A stretch of 64,000 nt of DNA from Mytilus edulis (taxonomy: Eukaryota): positions 12,958,001 to 13,022,000 of the forward strand of contig NC_092348.1 in assembly GCF_963676685.1 (NCBI RefSeq). Reading direction: 5' to 3'. The position numbers were made by a program, and so were the translations under genes. Within the stretch, counting starts at the first letter, position 1; each line of letters opens with the position of its first letter. Below, piece after piece: positions 37,110 through 52,600 of the stretch. Under the pieces are notes generated by a model. That model was not told where the DNA came from and searched no databases. It saw only the letters and a list, made by a program, of their open reading frames with translations.

Positions 37110-37282
37110 ATTGTATTTGGCAAAACTTTTAGGAATTTTGGTCCTCAATGCTCTTCAACTTCGTACTGTATTTGGCCTTTTTAACTTTTTTGGATTCGAG
37201 CTTCACTAATGAGTCTTTTGTAGACGAATCGCGCGCCTGACGTAAATTCAAAATTTAATCCTGGTATCTCTGATGAGTTTAT
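37110..37282 (+). mobile_element. Retrozyme-like repeat (family 1) fragment, hammerhead core mutated
   Basis: cttcaCTAATGAgtcttttgtagacGAATcgcgcgcctgacg, preceded by the family's cctcaatgctcttcaact block. Confidence 0.7.
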
Positions 37283-38081
37283 TCAAAATCTTGAATTCCT
37301 TTTTGATATTCAAATACATGTATTTTTACATAAACAGGTGAACCATTTAAAATAAAAACTATGATAGTTAAAGTGTACAACGTTTTACATTAAAATATTG
37401 CCCTTCATTATGTCATTGATAAAGAATTATCATAAATGGTTATGCATCAAATACTCTTACTGAACTTAATAGATAAAAGAGGTTCTTATAATGTACCAAT
37501 TCAGTTATCTGCTGTCAAATTCAAAAACGTTGGTTTCTCGTTCGTGTTTTTTTTGTCGATAAACAACCTGATTTTTCTGCTGTTAAATAGGTGTTTTAAT
37601 CGAATTAATTATGACGTTTCAGAGTTTCTTTTTTACGCATATTATATTCAAATCTTTGAGACATAAAGAACTTGTGATGGGTTGATCATGGTTTTACAGC
37701 AGGTCAAACTTCCCTCATGAATTGAAGTCATATCAATTCAGATTTATTATGTATTTCGTAGTGAGTAAATTTCAAAATGTTTTTGGGACTTTTAATTTTA
37801 CCCCAAAATTACTACAAAACTGTACAACGTCACAAATAAATTCGCCATTTAGCTCAGAATTCAGCACTTCTGTGCTGGTATGAATTATTATTGATATGGT
37901 CATATTTATAAATTAACTGTTGACAAAACTTGATATTTTCTGCCACAGGAATAGATTACCGTAGAAATATTTGGCAAAACTTTTAGGAATTTCTGGTTCT
38001 CAATGCTTTTCAAATTCTATCTTTATTTGGTAATTTTAACTAATTTTTATTCAAGCTCATTGACGAGTTTTTCGTAGACAA

Positions 38082-38550
38082 AAGAGGGGCGAAACATACC
38101 AGAGGAACAGTCAAACTCATAACTCAGAAATAAACTGACAACGCCATGGCTAAAAATGAAAAGGACAAACAGACAAATAATAGTACACAAGTAACAACAT
38201 AGAAAACTAAAGACTGAACAACACGAACCCCATCAAAACCTGGGGGTGATCTCATGTGCTCCGGAAGGGTAAACAGATCCTGATCCACATATGGCACCCG
38301 TCGTGTTTCTCATGTTATTACAAATCCGGTAAATAGTCTAATTCGGTAGGTCATATTCGGATAAAGGGAAGGGGACTGTAGGGATCAAGGGAATCATGAT
38401 AGGAAATACAAGCGTGGGAATATAAATTGGGAGATATATACTCCGTATGCAGGCGCTGCTGGAATGTTGCTACATAGAAATGGAAAGTTCACAATTTGGA
38501 GGCTGAAATCATTACATTGGTCATAAAGATTTGTTTTCAACTGACACTAA
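38082..38550 (-). mobile_element. Penelope-like element 3' fragment inserted into a retrozyme-like repeat
   Basis: Minus strand encodes IVNFPFLCSNIPAAPAYGVYISQ. Its terminus recurs at 529-635, 32735-32835, 43625-43790 and 44388-44590. The host repeat resumes at about 38555 (cgcgtctggcg...cctggtatctatgatgag). Confidence 0.7.
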
Positions 38551-39234
38551 TTTTCTCGCGTCTGGCGACAATACAAAATTTCAGTCCTGGTATCTATGAT
38601 GAGTTTATTAATAAGTCAAAATACGGTTTTTAAAGTTCTCACAATTCACATACTGAAGTCATGTTATCATTGTAATATAAAATCAACTCTGTACATCTGG
38701 AAACAATCATAAAGGAACGTTATAAACAGTTCAGGGAGTGAGGCCATATAGGTATATATTTATTTGTGTGTCTTGTTAAAAAGTGTGTTTTTTAGGCAAA
38801 TCTATCTTTTTTTCTGTTTGTTTTAATGGTTATTTTCGAAATTCAAAATTTTAACGATGAATGATTGTACAGTCCATCCTACAAAAACCATTTTTAGATT
38901 TCCATCAATAAGTTGAAAAATACGCACACTGACTTGTTGTTGCAGAAAACATCTTTTCAGAACCCCAACCTTCAAAAATGAATAGAATAAATAAAATAAA
39001 AATGATTTTTTGTTTTGAAAGGAATCACGAAACTGCAAAATCCAATAAATAGTTATTTTAACGAAAAAACAATATAAACAATACTTCTGTTGGACGTGAT
39101 TTGTAAAAAAAGTCGAGTAAATTTTTACAAATATTTGTATCTATTCGAACAGGTACAATACAGTCGGAAACCCGGTTGAAATAGAACAAAAGAATTGAAG
39201 CTCTTTGTTGGAGAAGGCAATAAATGTGTACTGT

Positions 39235-40275
39235 AATAAAATTGAGAAAGGAAATGGTGAATATGTCAAAGCGACAACCACCCGACCATAGAGCAAACAA
39301 CAGCCGAAGGCAACCAATGGGTCTTCAATGTAGCGAGAATTCCCGCACCCGTAGGTGTCCTTCAGCTGGCCCCTAAAATATGCATAATAGTACAGTGATA
39401 ATGGACGTCATACTAAACTCCGAATTAAACACAAGAAACTAAAATTTTAAATCATACAAGACTAACAAAGGCCAGAGGCTCCTGACTTGGGACAGGCGCA
39501 AAATTGCGGCGGGGTTAAACATGTTTATGAGATCTCAACCCTCCCCCTATACCTCTAGCCAATGTAGAAAAGTAAAAGAATAACAATACGCACATTAAAA
39601 TTCAGTTCAAGAGAAGTCCGAGTCTGATGTCAAAAGATGTAACAAAAGAAAATAAATAAAATGACAATAATACATAAATAACAACAGACTACTAGCAGTT
39701 AACTGACATGCCAGCTCCAGACCTCAATTAAACTGATTGAAAGATTATGTCTTCATCATATGAATATCAGGTACAATCCCTCCCGTTAGGGGTTTAGTAT
39801 CATACTATCATAAAATATATGAGAAGAACATAACCCGTGTCATGCCAACAACTGGTTTTTTTAAAGAAATAAATGTGTTTAGTTCCGATGCAAAGACCCT
39901 ATCAGTGAATCAATGTTAAAGCCAAAATATGCAATCTTTAATGACCTGACAACAGTATCGTAACTATATCCCCTTTTAATAAGTCTATTTAAAGGTTTTG
40001 TTAGTTTCTGAGGAGAATACTGACATTTTTGTGCTTTATAAAGAATATTTCCATAAAATTTTGGATGTGAAATACCTGAACGTATAAGATGTCTGCATGT
40101 TGAGTTATATTTACGAATTATTTCCTTATACCGGTGATAAAATTTGGTAAATGTTTTGACCAGTTTGTGATATCGAAAACCCTGGTGTAATAATTTTTCA
40201 GTAATACATAAATTTCTCTCGCTAAAATCTAATACATTGTTACATACACGAGCGAATCGTACAAGTTGAGATGTA
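39235..40275 (-). mobile_element. Penelope-like retroelement 3' fragment (RT C-terminus plus 3' region)
   Basis: SQLVRFARVCNNVLDFSERNLCITEKLLHQGFRYHKLVKTFTKFY, 5'-truncated, followed by repeat sequence shared with 13183-13750. Confidence 0.75.
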
Positions 40276-43200
40276 ATGTTTACTATAGTGACAAAAAATT
40301 TAAAAGTTAAAAGAAACAAACAAAATTACAATTTTCTTCTCAATAACAAAGTGTTATATTTTAAAAACACCATTTGCATAAGTTTTCAATTTATCTAGTA
40401 GACTACATAGCTAAGCAGAACAATTAGATATCAGGTCGACGACATGGGTATCTTTCAAGTTGGATGTATAAAATGCATATCCTCCAATTTCTTAAATTGT
40501 TTTTTACCACGGACGGAAAACATATCAATCTATTAGTTCAGTAATTTTCGTGTCTCACCTTCTTTTTTGTGACTCAAGAAAAAATTCCAAAAAATGGGTA
40601 ACAATAGTATCGAAAAGAGAAACTCGAGTGCACCTTTTTATGTTAGGGCGTGTTTGAGTTGAATAATTTGTCTTGATATCGTACAAAACAAGAATATTTC
40701 ATACACCGTCTCGCTTCAGATTCTATCATTTTTATATATCAAAGCTACAGGTTGACTTTATAACTTATAAAAATCACAGTACTAAAAGATGAAATATATG
40801 GGTCAAATGAAATACCTATCTAATGAATCACAAAATCAAAGTTCGAATAGCTATTATTTTACTAAAAGTACTTGACGACAGTCTTTCAAGTTGGATGATG
40901 AAAATGCATATCTTCGAAAAATTATAATTTTGTGTGTGTGATAACTAGGGTTTATAGTCTTCAACCACTAAAAAAATCTAGTCTGCCCTTCCACGAAATA
41001 TTTAATTAGAATTTTTTTTTAAATGTTTATGAATTTTCGAAAATTCCACCTGACAACCGATCAGACAATAGTTTTAAGTTGAATCAATGCAGACAAGATC
41101 ATTAACTGATGCTCATTAGCGAGTTGATACATTTCTCTTATAAAATGCAACTGACATGTAAGGATCGTACTGGTGCAATGTTGATAAATTTATCGGTTTC
41201 CAAGAGCAAAATTGGTAGCGCGTCATCCCTACAAATGCTTCCATTTCTACGATTGTGAAAATGAACTGGCGTAATGGGGAGATAATTTTGACGAAGTAGG
41301 ATCCTGACTGAATAAGGTCACTTAATACAGAGGTTTACATTCTTGTAACGTAAATACATCATTACCTGTACAAATATTAGTAGGACGGTAGTTTAACTCT
41401 TGCACTTTTATTTCATTGTCATTTTTCATTGATATTCTCATCAGTGATGTTTATACCATATGTAATATTCACTTGAGGGATGCATTATCACCGTGACATA
41501 CTGCAAGATTTATCACTGGCGTCAACACAAATGTTTTCCCACGCCTTTTTGCATATTGAACGAATGTTAACCTTAGCTACTGTACCTTAAAATCATATCA
41601 ACCTTTTGTCGTTGTTTCGTGTCCGTTGTCCGTGGACTAAATTATAACGCAATATCAACTGAAATCATGATGGTAAAATTACTTGACCTGGCAAGGAGGT
41701 TTTCTTTACTAACTTATTTCAGAAATATGTAGCAATCAAAATGATACGGATGTTAGTACTTACGTATCGGATACAAGGATATGATAAACACTAGATAATC
41801 AATTATGGCTTACTTTATTTTTATTTTAAGATATATAACTGCATGCATTGATTGTTAGTACTTCATCTATCTTCAATTACGTTCAATATGCAAAATTTTA
41901 TTTTTTTTTTATTTTAAGGGAGTCCCTGGAGAAAACCATCGACTTTCGGGAAGAAAACTAGTAATCCTGATTGCTGAAGACTGAAGATGAACACACATGC
42001 ACGTACGGGGCTCGAACTAATTATAATTTGGAGGGTGGGAGTGTAGTTAAAAAACAAATCATTGCATATACTTTTGACAACTGAACTTCTTTAAGCGTTA
42101 TCATGTTTTTCTTTATATGAACTAGTATAATATATCAGAATTCAGACTCGCACGTTCTCACTCTTCGAAAGTTTAAAAGTGTTGTTTTCAATTGTTTTCA
42201 TTCTGTTTATAAACATATTTTAAGTCAACCCATCAATTGAAACCAAGAGGTGTCGGATACCCAAAGGAAAATACGCAAATGAAACAATTATAATGAACAA
42301 CAACTAAATGTATTAACAACTACACAATGAATAAATAGGCAATAATTTATCATTGTACAACACTCAACAGAACATTACACATTCAAACTAAACTAATTTA
42401 GTTTGAATAGCATAATTTTACACACAAAAAAAAACGGAGTTGGGGAGCTCGGGTGTTCCCGATGAGTGAACATAACTGGTTGTAACAGTATTGAGTATGA
42501 AAAGCACAAAGTAAGTATTTTTGACACACATACCAGTCACAACGTAAAAATACCTAGACATGACTTTATTTTACAAAAGTTATATGGGGTAATGCAATTT
42601 CTGTAATTGTTGTATTAGAAATAAAGAGCTGATTACATGTATGTACTTTGATATAGAATAAACACAGATACAAACACTATTGCTTTTATACCGTAAACAT
42701 CGCAATACTTCTATTCAGTAACAATTTTACGTATTGGTTTGATTAAATTAGTTTTCTTAGAATGTGAAATCTTTTGGTCATTACTTGTAAGAATTAAAAA
42801 AATATGCACCGTATACAATCTACCAGAGTCGATATGTTCAAGAAAGCTTTATATCTGATATCCTTATGAATAGTGTTAGATAACTACAGAAACTGACTAA
42901 AATATGCTGAATAATTTTGTTTATTTATTTCAAAGTTGATAACTTGCGTTTAAGTCAATCAAGAAAAACTTAAATAAACCGTAAAGTTTTAAGTAAATCA
43001 TGCACTACATTTATTTACAGATAATAGTGTCAAAGTTTCATCTAGCATATATGTTAAGATGACGGACCCTTTCGACTGTCAGGGTACTTTTCTAGTCTTT
43101 AACAAATAGACACCCCATAGTAGAAACATGATAACAATTAATGCTGATCCAATCGATATTCCAATTACAAATCCGATACCTATTATTTTCTCATCGTCTA

Positions 43201-46200
43201 TATCCCTTTTCTTGGAACCACGCATAATCGGTTAGAAAATGAACGGTTCCAATATTTGACAGGTCACTAGTGGTATTTACTTTATTCATAGCTCTTACAG
43301 TTAAAAAGTATGTAATATTTGTTGTAATATCTGGTATTTGAAACACATATGTGAACTATTAACAAGCCCTTTTTATGACATTTTGAACGGACATGAAATT
43401 AGGCATGCAGATCAGTTGTATGTATGTACTTTCGTTTGTATATGTAAGTGCAGTTATTCAGAAGATGATATGTTTTGTCATTATTATTACGCATCATCAC
43501 TTTGTTATTAAAATTGAAGGTTATACACCGATGTTCAGTCAATACGACTTCTATATTCATAAATAAAACAGACAGACCTGATATGAATGTATCAACGTAA
43601 CAGGGTTCAAAAATAAACATAAAATTGAAAGGATAAGAAAACTCATAAAAAGATACCAAAATAACAGTCAAACTCATAAATAGAAAATAAACTGAAAACG
43701 CCGTGGCTTAAAAAGAAAAACACTAACAAACAAATAATAATACACCAGACAAAAGAAAGAAAACTAAAGACTGAGCAACACGAACCCCATTAATATACAA
43801 GACCATAAATTTAGGTCGCCAGATGATGAATTTTCAAACTTTAAAAGTAGTAAATATTCAGCAAGGGGAATGTCATTCTAATGTGTACGATAACGGACAA
43901 TAGGTGAATAACATTCGATCAAAAACTTACAGATCTTCTCGGTCTGAATGACACTATCATTGCAATCGGTTAAAATCAAGAACCGTTTCGGTTAACAGTT
44001 TGAATGCAGTCTCTTAAACTGTTCGTTAAAGCCGTTCTCAAAGGCGTTAAATAAATCGCAATCAACTAGAATTTCGTACCAACAATACAAATATTTCGGA
44101 CCTAATTTCTATTTCTAAAACCAATGACAGACATTTTCCTGGTTGTCTCTTTAACACATTTCCCTTCCATTTTCAAATCATTCATTCGTTATTCATATAA
44201 TATGTAAATTTAGGAAACAAAACTTAACTTTCCTATTAAAATTAGACAATTTAAAGTATTAATCATTGGATATGATAATCCAATCTTTGTTTACAGTATG
44301 GGTTAAGCTCAGTGTTGAAGGTCATACAGTAACTTATAGTTTGCTTAATTTTTCTTCATTCGGATATTCAGCACTTCTGTGTTGCAATAAATGAAAAGAC
44401 AAACAGACAAATAATCGTACACAACACACAACATTGAAAACAAAAGACTAAGTGAAACGAACACTACCAAAAACTGGGGGTAATCTCCGGTTCTCCGGAA
44501 GGCTAAGCAGATCCTGCTCCACTTGGGCACCCGTCGTGTTGCTCATGCATGTTATTACAAACCCGGCAAATAGTCTAATTCGGTAGGTCTCATAATCAAA
44601 GTTATAAATGATCATATGTTAACAAAACTTTGTATTCTTTAAAATGCTAAGGATTACTACACAAGAAAGACTTTCTTATATGCATTTGGCAAAACATTTC
44701 GGAACTTCATGATCTCGATGCTCTCCAACTTCGAAATTATTTAGCTTTTAAATATTTGTTTGGATTTGACCGCGACTTAAAGTTTTCGTTTACGAATTTT
44801 CTTATCATAGTTTTCTCATAATATAATTTGCAATCATAGTTATTCTTTATTTATAAGGTAAAATTCTTTGCATTGCCGTTCTTAGCTATTCGTTCAAAAT
44901 GTTTAACTTTTCAATTGTGTGGTCACGTTTAACAGAAAGCCGTCTTGTTTCAACAGATCATTATGACCATAGTGCCAATCTGAGAGTCTTTGCCTTACCT
45001 TGAAGATTTTAAACTGATGCATCAACTTTTGTTTTTTGTGAAAAAAGAATTGAAGGTTATATTTACATACTGTCTACTTACTCTACTAGTTTTTCCCAAG
45101 CTAAGTTTGGTATGAAATTTAACACGCATCTAAGTATTCATATCACCGAGTGTTTCAGTTTATGTCTTTCTCCGGCGCTAATTCATACAGCTGGGTAAGG
45201 ACGCAAAGCTTCGTCACCTCTTTAAAAAAGTAAAATAAAAAAATATCGAACTCCAAGGAAAATTCGAAACGAAAAGTCCATTATCCAATAGCAAAACCAA
45301 AAGCTCAAAGATATGAAATGAAAAGATAAAAACTGTCATGTTCCTGACTTGGAACACCGTTTTCTTAAAAAGAAAATGGTTTGACAAACCTTCTTTTATA
45401 GGTATTAAACCTCTCACTTATATTACAGTCGAATAAAATTCTATGTTATTGACAACGATGTGTGAACTAAACAAACAGACATTGAGAGGTACAAATTTCA
45501 AAATTAGGGATACAGCAGTCAAACTTGTACATTTGTTATCTTAATCACAGAAATATCAAACAAATTTGTCAACAAAGAAACACAAAAAGACAGATAGACA
45601 AAGAATATCAGCAAAAACGAAAAACGAGAGTTAATTGTTTTACCATAGCACAATAACACAATGACGGGATGTATTAGTACCGAGTCGTGTCAAATTGATA
45701 TTATCAAAATACACTAAAAAGTAAAAATAATAACATATAAAAAGAAAAAAAAGAATACTATATTACGTTAGTAAGATGATAAACAACGTATTTGTGAAGA
45801 TTATACGGAATATTTATCAACAAAGTGTTGGTATCTCCCGATTAACTTTGTTAAAGGCAAAATGGACGAAACGTTCTTTGACCTACTGTAGTTAATTAAC
45901 TTTTCATACTGATTATCAGCTGCACGCTCTTTAATAACGAATGAGTATAGAAAATATATATCCACTATGCAGGTGAAGTTGGTAAATTGCTACTCAAGTT
46001 GAGAAAATTTATGATTTCAAAACTATAATCGTCTCGTTTGTCATACATTTTAGACGAATACCATTTAGGTAAGTTGAGGTGGTGTATTGTCCACAGTTAT
46101 TTCGTATTAACCAATGTAGTCAACACGACTTGGAGCTACATATTCCATAGGTTCTAATCGGATCATCACGGTTCAAATAAAAGAAATGCGACAATTTAAT

Positions 46201-46633
46201 CAACCGATAAGGCCAACAAATATAAACTCAATGCATTCATAGTTTTATAAGAAATATTATTAATATTGTCGTAATACAAACTTATGTTTTACACATCAAT
46301 GAAAAGTCACATTGTTTCAACACTTTTATTTAGATATTTATTAATCATAATTTAATGTAAGACAATGAATAAATTTCGTCAATTTATAAATCAGATCATC
46401 AAAAATTATACAAAAGCATCTGTATGATATGTTATGCCTTACTCACTGATTAAATTACTTCAGATACAGAACAGTTTACATATAATGGTTCCATGATCAT
46501 ATAATGATAGAGTAATATATACAATACTTATGGCAATGATTCCTTAATAAAGACTTTAGACTATAAGTTTGAAAGCAGTACACTTGTCATTTGTGTTTTT
46601 TAAAGAAGTAAACACTCATATTGATGGTGAGTT

Positions 46634-49600
46634 TCAGTTATTTACTTTCATCCTTGGAAGCCTCCTCATGGCATAATGATCATCAGCTTCGTATGTGCTT
46701 TTCCTCTTCAAACTTAAAAAGAGATACGAATATATATTCCAGACAATAATAATACATGTCTAAAGGACAGAAGCGTGCACCTACAGTCGAAGTACTCCTC
46801 TGTATACATGTATATTGAAATTATGTACATGATTCAAGTATTTATTTTTCAAAATAACAAATAAACATTTCTTTTTAATTACTAAAATGGTTAGAAATAT
46901 AAGATGGTATTATATATGGCATAATGGGCAATAAAGGGACAAAGATGTATTTAAATAAGGGTTTTAGCTGAAATAAAATACTCTTGAAACATAGGGATCA
47001 CATTGGTGTATTCCATAACCTTTTAATATTCAATTGTACACCGAAAATCATCATCATCACTACATGTCAAAATTAAAAACAATTATAATAGTAGCTTAAT
47101 ATGCTGTACGGATGTTTTGGATCAGAATATGATATACAGTCATGTAGACATGAGTCTTGCGTACCAGATGATAAGTCTGGTACTATTGATGGTTGTTTTA
47201 CTTACAAACCATAATATATCTTATTCATCATACACGTTTTATATAAATCCTCAAGTATTTATACTTATTTGGCGTTCAAGTGTTTATTTCCGAGCGCTCA
47301 TAACCACCTGTTAAGAAAACATATACCACGTCAGTATATGACAGTTGATTTTTACTAGTTCCATTGGTGATAACGTCTGGTTTTTTTTTATGGACGTCTC
47401 CGTTTGAATACAACATAGACTTAATGTTTTGGGTCCTTTTCTATAATATCTCAATACAGATTTATAAAATAATCAATATTAAAAAAAAAAAAATATTCAT
47501 TGAAATAATCATTGAAATTTATTTTTTGTACATAACTTACCGACTATTGTTATTCTTCACATAACAATTAACAATAAAACCAACAATGAACAGGATAACT
47601 ACACTACCAATAGATCCCAGTAGTATCAAACCAAGTTTACTGGACGACTTCTCGGCATTAGATGGTTTGTCGACCTTTATTATACACACTGTAAGTAGAC
47701 AATGATTGCAAAGGCATACAGTACGTACTTTGTAGGTACGTTGAAATTGTATGAGGAAATCAATGGCATCAAAATTTTGAATTAACTACTGATTATGTCA
47801 GACCAATGTTTTCTGAGAACACGTTTAATAACTTGTTTCATAAATTTAAATCTCAGCAGATAACTAGTCTTTAAACAAAAAGCTGACAGATTTTTAAAAC
47901 GTTATGTTAATTGATATTTGGAAAAAACGTAATTTTTTTCAAAGATTATAGATGAACTCATTTGTCGTATCTGCATTCCGCCTACTGTTGGTTCTGCATT
48001 GATTTGTTAAGCTGTTGCTTCGTGCTATTTGATTATGGTATAAGATTGCTTCTTCGTATCCTTTTATTCGTTTATAATTACGATTTCATTTTGTTACAAT
48101 GTAGAATGAATATTAAGAAATATCTAGAACTTATATGATACACATGCGCACATGTGTTTCTGTAAAAAAAAGTACTAGCATATTTAAAGCACAGAAGCTT
48201 AAACTATTTTAAAGGTAAACATAAATATTATATTATTTACAAGATACAACAAATAATTAAAGATTAAAAAACAAGATTATGATCGATTTTATTCGATAAT
48301 TGCATCGTATAAACCAATAAGTAAGATATTAAAACTAGAGGCTCTCAAGAGCCTGTGTCGCTCACCTTGGTCTATCAGCATATCAAACAAAGGACACTCT
48401 ATAACATTGTAGACGAGAATATATTATAACAATTTTCTCTTTTTTTAATTTGCTGAGGATTTAAACAAAAAATTATCAAACATTTACCTTGAAGGAGAAT
48501 AACTTCTAATGGGGTTAATTGACCATTTTTATCATTTGACTTATTTGTCATAATGTACCCTAATTTGTACCAACATTAAAACCTTTGATTTTTCAACTCT
48601 TTATACCACAACTCCACATAATTAACTTAAAGCTCGACTGAAAGAACTCGTAAGCTTATGTTTCTTTAACAAAAAGGACTCTAAACGTTTTAAACATATA
48701 GTTTTGGGGAGGAATTCAGCTTATTTTGTGAAAAATCATTCAGAGTCAAGCAAAAAATACACCAAAGAGGATATCACTGCCATGCTGGACTTTTTAATTG
48801 ACAACATATTTGTTGAATTTGGAGGTTTGGTCTTCATTCAGACTATTGGAATCCCTATGAGTACCAATTGCGCTCCTCTACTTGCAGATTTGTTTTTGTA
48901 TTCCTATGAAGCAGAATTTATCCAAGGGCTTGTACAGAAAGGAGAAAAGAAATTAGCCCAGTCTTTTAATTTCACCTTTCGGTATATTGATGATGTACTG
49001 TCTCCTAATAATATTAATAGATCCAGTGATCACTTACATTTAATATATCCAAGTGAACTTGATACTACCGACACAGATAAATCTGCTTCATATTTAGACA
49101 TTTTTCTCGAAATGACTACTGATGGTAAGTTAGATACCAAAATTTATGACAAAAGCGATGATTTTAATTTTCCTATAGTCAATTTTCAATTTCTGTGTAG
49201 CAACATCCCAGCGGCACCAGTATATGGAGTATAAGTGTCTTAATTGATACGTTCCTTTAGAGCTAGCTTAAAGTATGTTGATTTTGTTGAACGAGGAATA
49301 CTGATTTCTCAAAAGTTGCTCAGACAGGACTAAGAATTATTCAAATTAAGGTCATCACTCGAGAAATGTTTCGGTTGCCATCATGAGCTGATTGGCCATT
49401 ATGACAAAAGTGTGTAAAAAATCATATCTGATATGCTTCTTGAGTCATATTAACCTTCCATCTTTACCGAACTGAACAAAGAAATTACACGACGGGTGCC
49501 GTATACGGTAGGACATGCTTTCACTCACGGTTTTTAGTGGAGTTCGTGTTGTTTCTTATTTATTGTTTGTAACTGTTGATGTAAATGTCTTTTGGTTTTA

Positions 49601-52600
49601 TGAGTCTTAGTTTAATCCTTGGTTTTGATTCTTATTGTCTTGTAGATCTTACTCTTTTACTGTTCAACATGTTTTTTGTTTACAGTTAATCATCTCTATC
49701 TATTATAATAAGCAACAACCGTAAAATTTCCATATAATTATCAATTCTGACGCAGCAACCAAGCAATGGGTTTTTTGATGCGTTTGCAAATTTCAGGGCA
49801 GGTAGGTCTTGACCTGATGAACATTTTTATCCCTGTCAGATATGCTATAAATGCTTTAGTGTCAGAGATATAAGAAAACACTAAATTTTACCCCCATGAC
49901 CTTTTTATAGCCATTGCAGTCATTATGATTGATGCGCAGGGTCATCGGATACATAATTCAAACAAGATACTCTAAGAATGATTTTGGCCAAGTTTGGTTT
50001 TATTTGGCCCAGTTGTTTCAGAGGAGAAGAGTTTTGTAAATGTAAACGGACGACGACGACGGACAACGGACGCCAAGTGAAGAGAGCTGAAAATAACGTA
50101 TACCTTCATCATGCTTTGTCCACTCAAATAAGTTATTTACTGTGTCGCAAAACAAACACTCATCAACCGTATTCTTCTGATTATGTGAAACACAATCACC
50201 ATCGATCAAACAATAGTTCTATAAAAAATGAAAAATTCAAATTAAAAAAAACTTGTAGCATTCATAAAACATGTAATAAGTTACTTACAAAACCTTAAAT
50301 ATAATGATTTCATCATACAAGTGTTTTGATTATATAATATTAGTTATTCAGTCAATACAAGTGTAAAAAGGAAATGAATATCGAGCACCTGTTTTTTTAG
50401 GCTTGTACTACACACATACCTCTTTAAGAGTCCAATTATAAGACGTAATGTCAGGGTTACATAATAAGCATTCTTTGTTAAATATCATGTTGTCCCTGCT
50501 AAAATATTGCTCTTCTACTTTACAATTTTCACTATCATCAAATGTCCACTTATATCGATCAGTAGGTGCATTACAATACAGATATTCTTGTTGTGAATTT
50601 GGTTCCAGGTCCAAGAGGCACTGGTTATCTATAAAACAGGTATCATCCTGAAACATAAGAAACATGTGTGTATGCCTAACTCAAATTATCCCATTTACTT
50701 AAAAATCAAATGATAATGAAATAGTGTATTAATTCTTATGGCGATGTAACAACAACTGCATGGTAACAGAATCTCAAACTTGACCTTATGCAGGACGTAC
50801 GTACTAGATATAAACTAGAAAACGCATGACCCTTTAAATCGTAGGTAGGGCATACACAACTACATAATATATTCTTCGGTAAACATGTTCATATCAATTT
50901 AAAGAATTACAGAAAAATGTGAATTCCAATACCTTTTGTATCTAATTTTTGCCGGTTAAAGAATTTACCTGCACGAAATGTTAACATAACTTAAGTTTAA
51001 ACATGATAATAATAAAATAAAGTTATGAGTTACCTTCAGAACAAAATTAGGGTCAGTGGTGGTCCCGTTGTTTTGTTGACATTTGGAATTCATAAGAATC
51101 ACTCTTTCTGGGTCGCTGAAATCTTCTCTGTTATAACTGACACTGACATCAAACACTTCAACGAAAAGAATGTTACCAGTATTTCTGACGCTTCTTTTCT
51201 GTTTTGAAGTCTTCAAAGGACAGTGAACTTCTACGAGTGTTTCTACATTCCCGCTTACTATTGTTGTTCCTTCAAATGAATTACTGCCATCTGGATGAAT
51301 CTGAATTGTCAGTTGAAAAGGTATGTTTAGAAATTGAGACTGCATAAAATGAAAGCAATTTTCGTTTTCTCTAAATATTTTGTTGATAATAAGTTTACAT
51401 TTCAAGAAGTTTGATTATAAAATCGTACCATATGAATTGTTGTTTTTTTTATTTAGAAAAACTAATAAAACAAAAGAAAACAAAAAGAAAATAATTGAAA
51501 AAACAGTCGAAGTTTCAATTGCCATATTGTCGTTTTAGAATCAAAAAGGCCTTCTGGATGCGAATACTATCTGTTTTGTCTAAAACGAATAATACATAAG
51601 TTGGGACATCAAGAAAACAACAGATATACAAAAAAATAAATGTCTTTTGCCATCAACAAAATAAACCCAAAACATTCACTCTCACCATATCAAAATTTGT
51701 TTGAATTAAACAGATTTGATTGCAGATATCAAATCAGAATACTCAAGACTTACAACATATTTAGATATTTTACAGGACAGTTCGTCACTTTCTTCTATTC
51801 TACTCCCAACAACAAATGCTGTATCACAATTAATCTCATTCCTATCACATATACCATTTCCTCTAACTCCGTATATTTCTGGTGGCACTGTCTTGGTCAT
51901 TGAACAATCATGTGACATAAATCCTTCATTGCAAACACACAAACCTTGAATTAGAGGTTACATCTGAATTAATAATTTATAAATCAATGTAGACTAAATC
52001 AAAAAGTCTGTGGTGACATTTTATAAATCATAACATGTTTAGTTGATGCTCCTCTTAAAACAGTTTAACGATTTTCCTCTCAAGATTCAAAATTGTAACA
52101 TTTGTTTAAATCCATTTTGATTATATTGATTACATATATATGTACAAAAATGTATTTCATTTCTTTGTAAAGAGTCCGGCTGATATGAGATATGATAATG
52201 ATAACAATAACGGAAAATATTTTGCACTAGTAGCTTTAAATTTCACTGCTTGGTAAATGTTGTTCTATAGAAATTTTTAACCTTAATACGTTTTGATGTT
52301 ACCACCTAGCTAAAAGCATAACCGATTACTCAATCATTAAAATAACAAAAGAATGAATATAATTATATGTTTGATGAAGTACATACCGTGATCACATTTT
52401 CCATTCCCACTACATTCAGGAAGACCTGGACAAATAGCCATTATCACTGTTTCAGTTATCGACGGTATATCTTCACTCGTTTGATCTTTTAATGTCTCGT
52501 TTTTCTGAACTTCTGACAAACAACGACTTTTCATTGAATTAACCGTGTGTCTAATCCATGCTCGAGATTTTGATTTCTAGAAGATATGAAATGATTCAAA

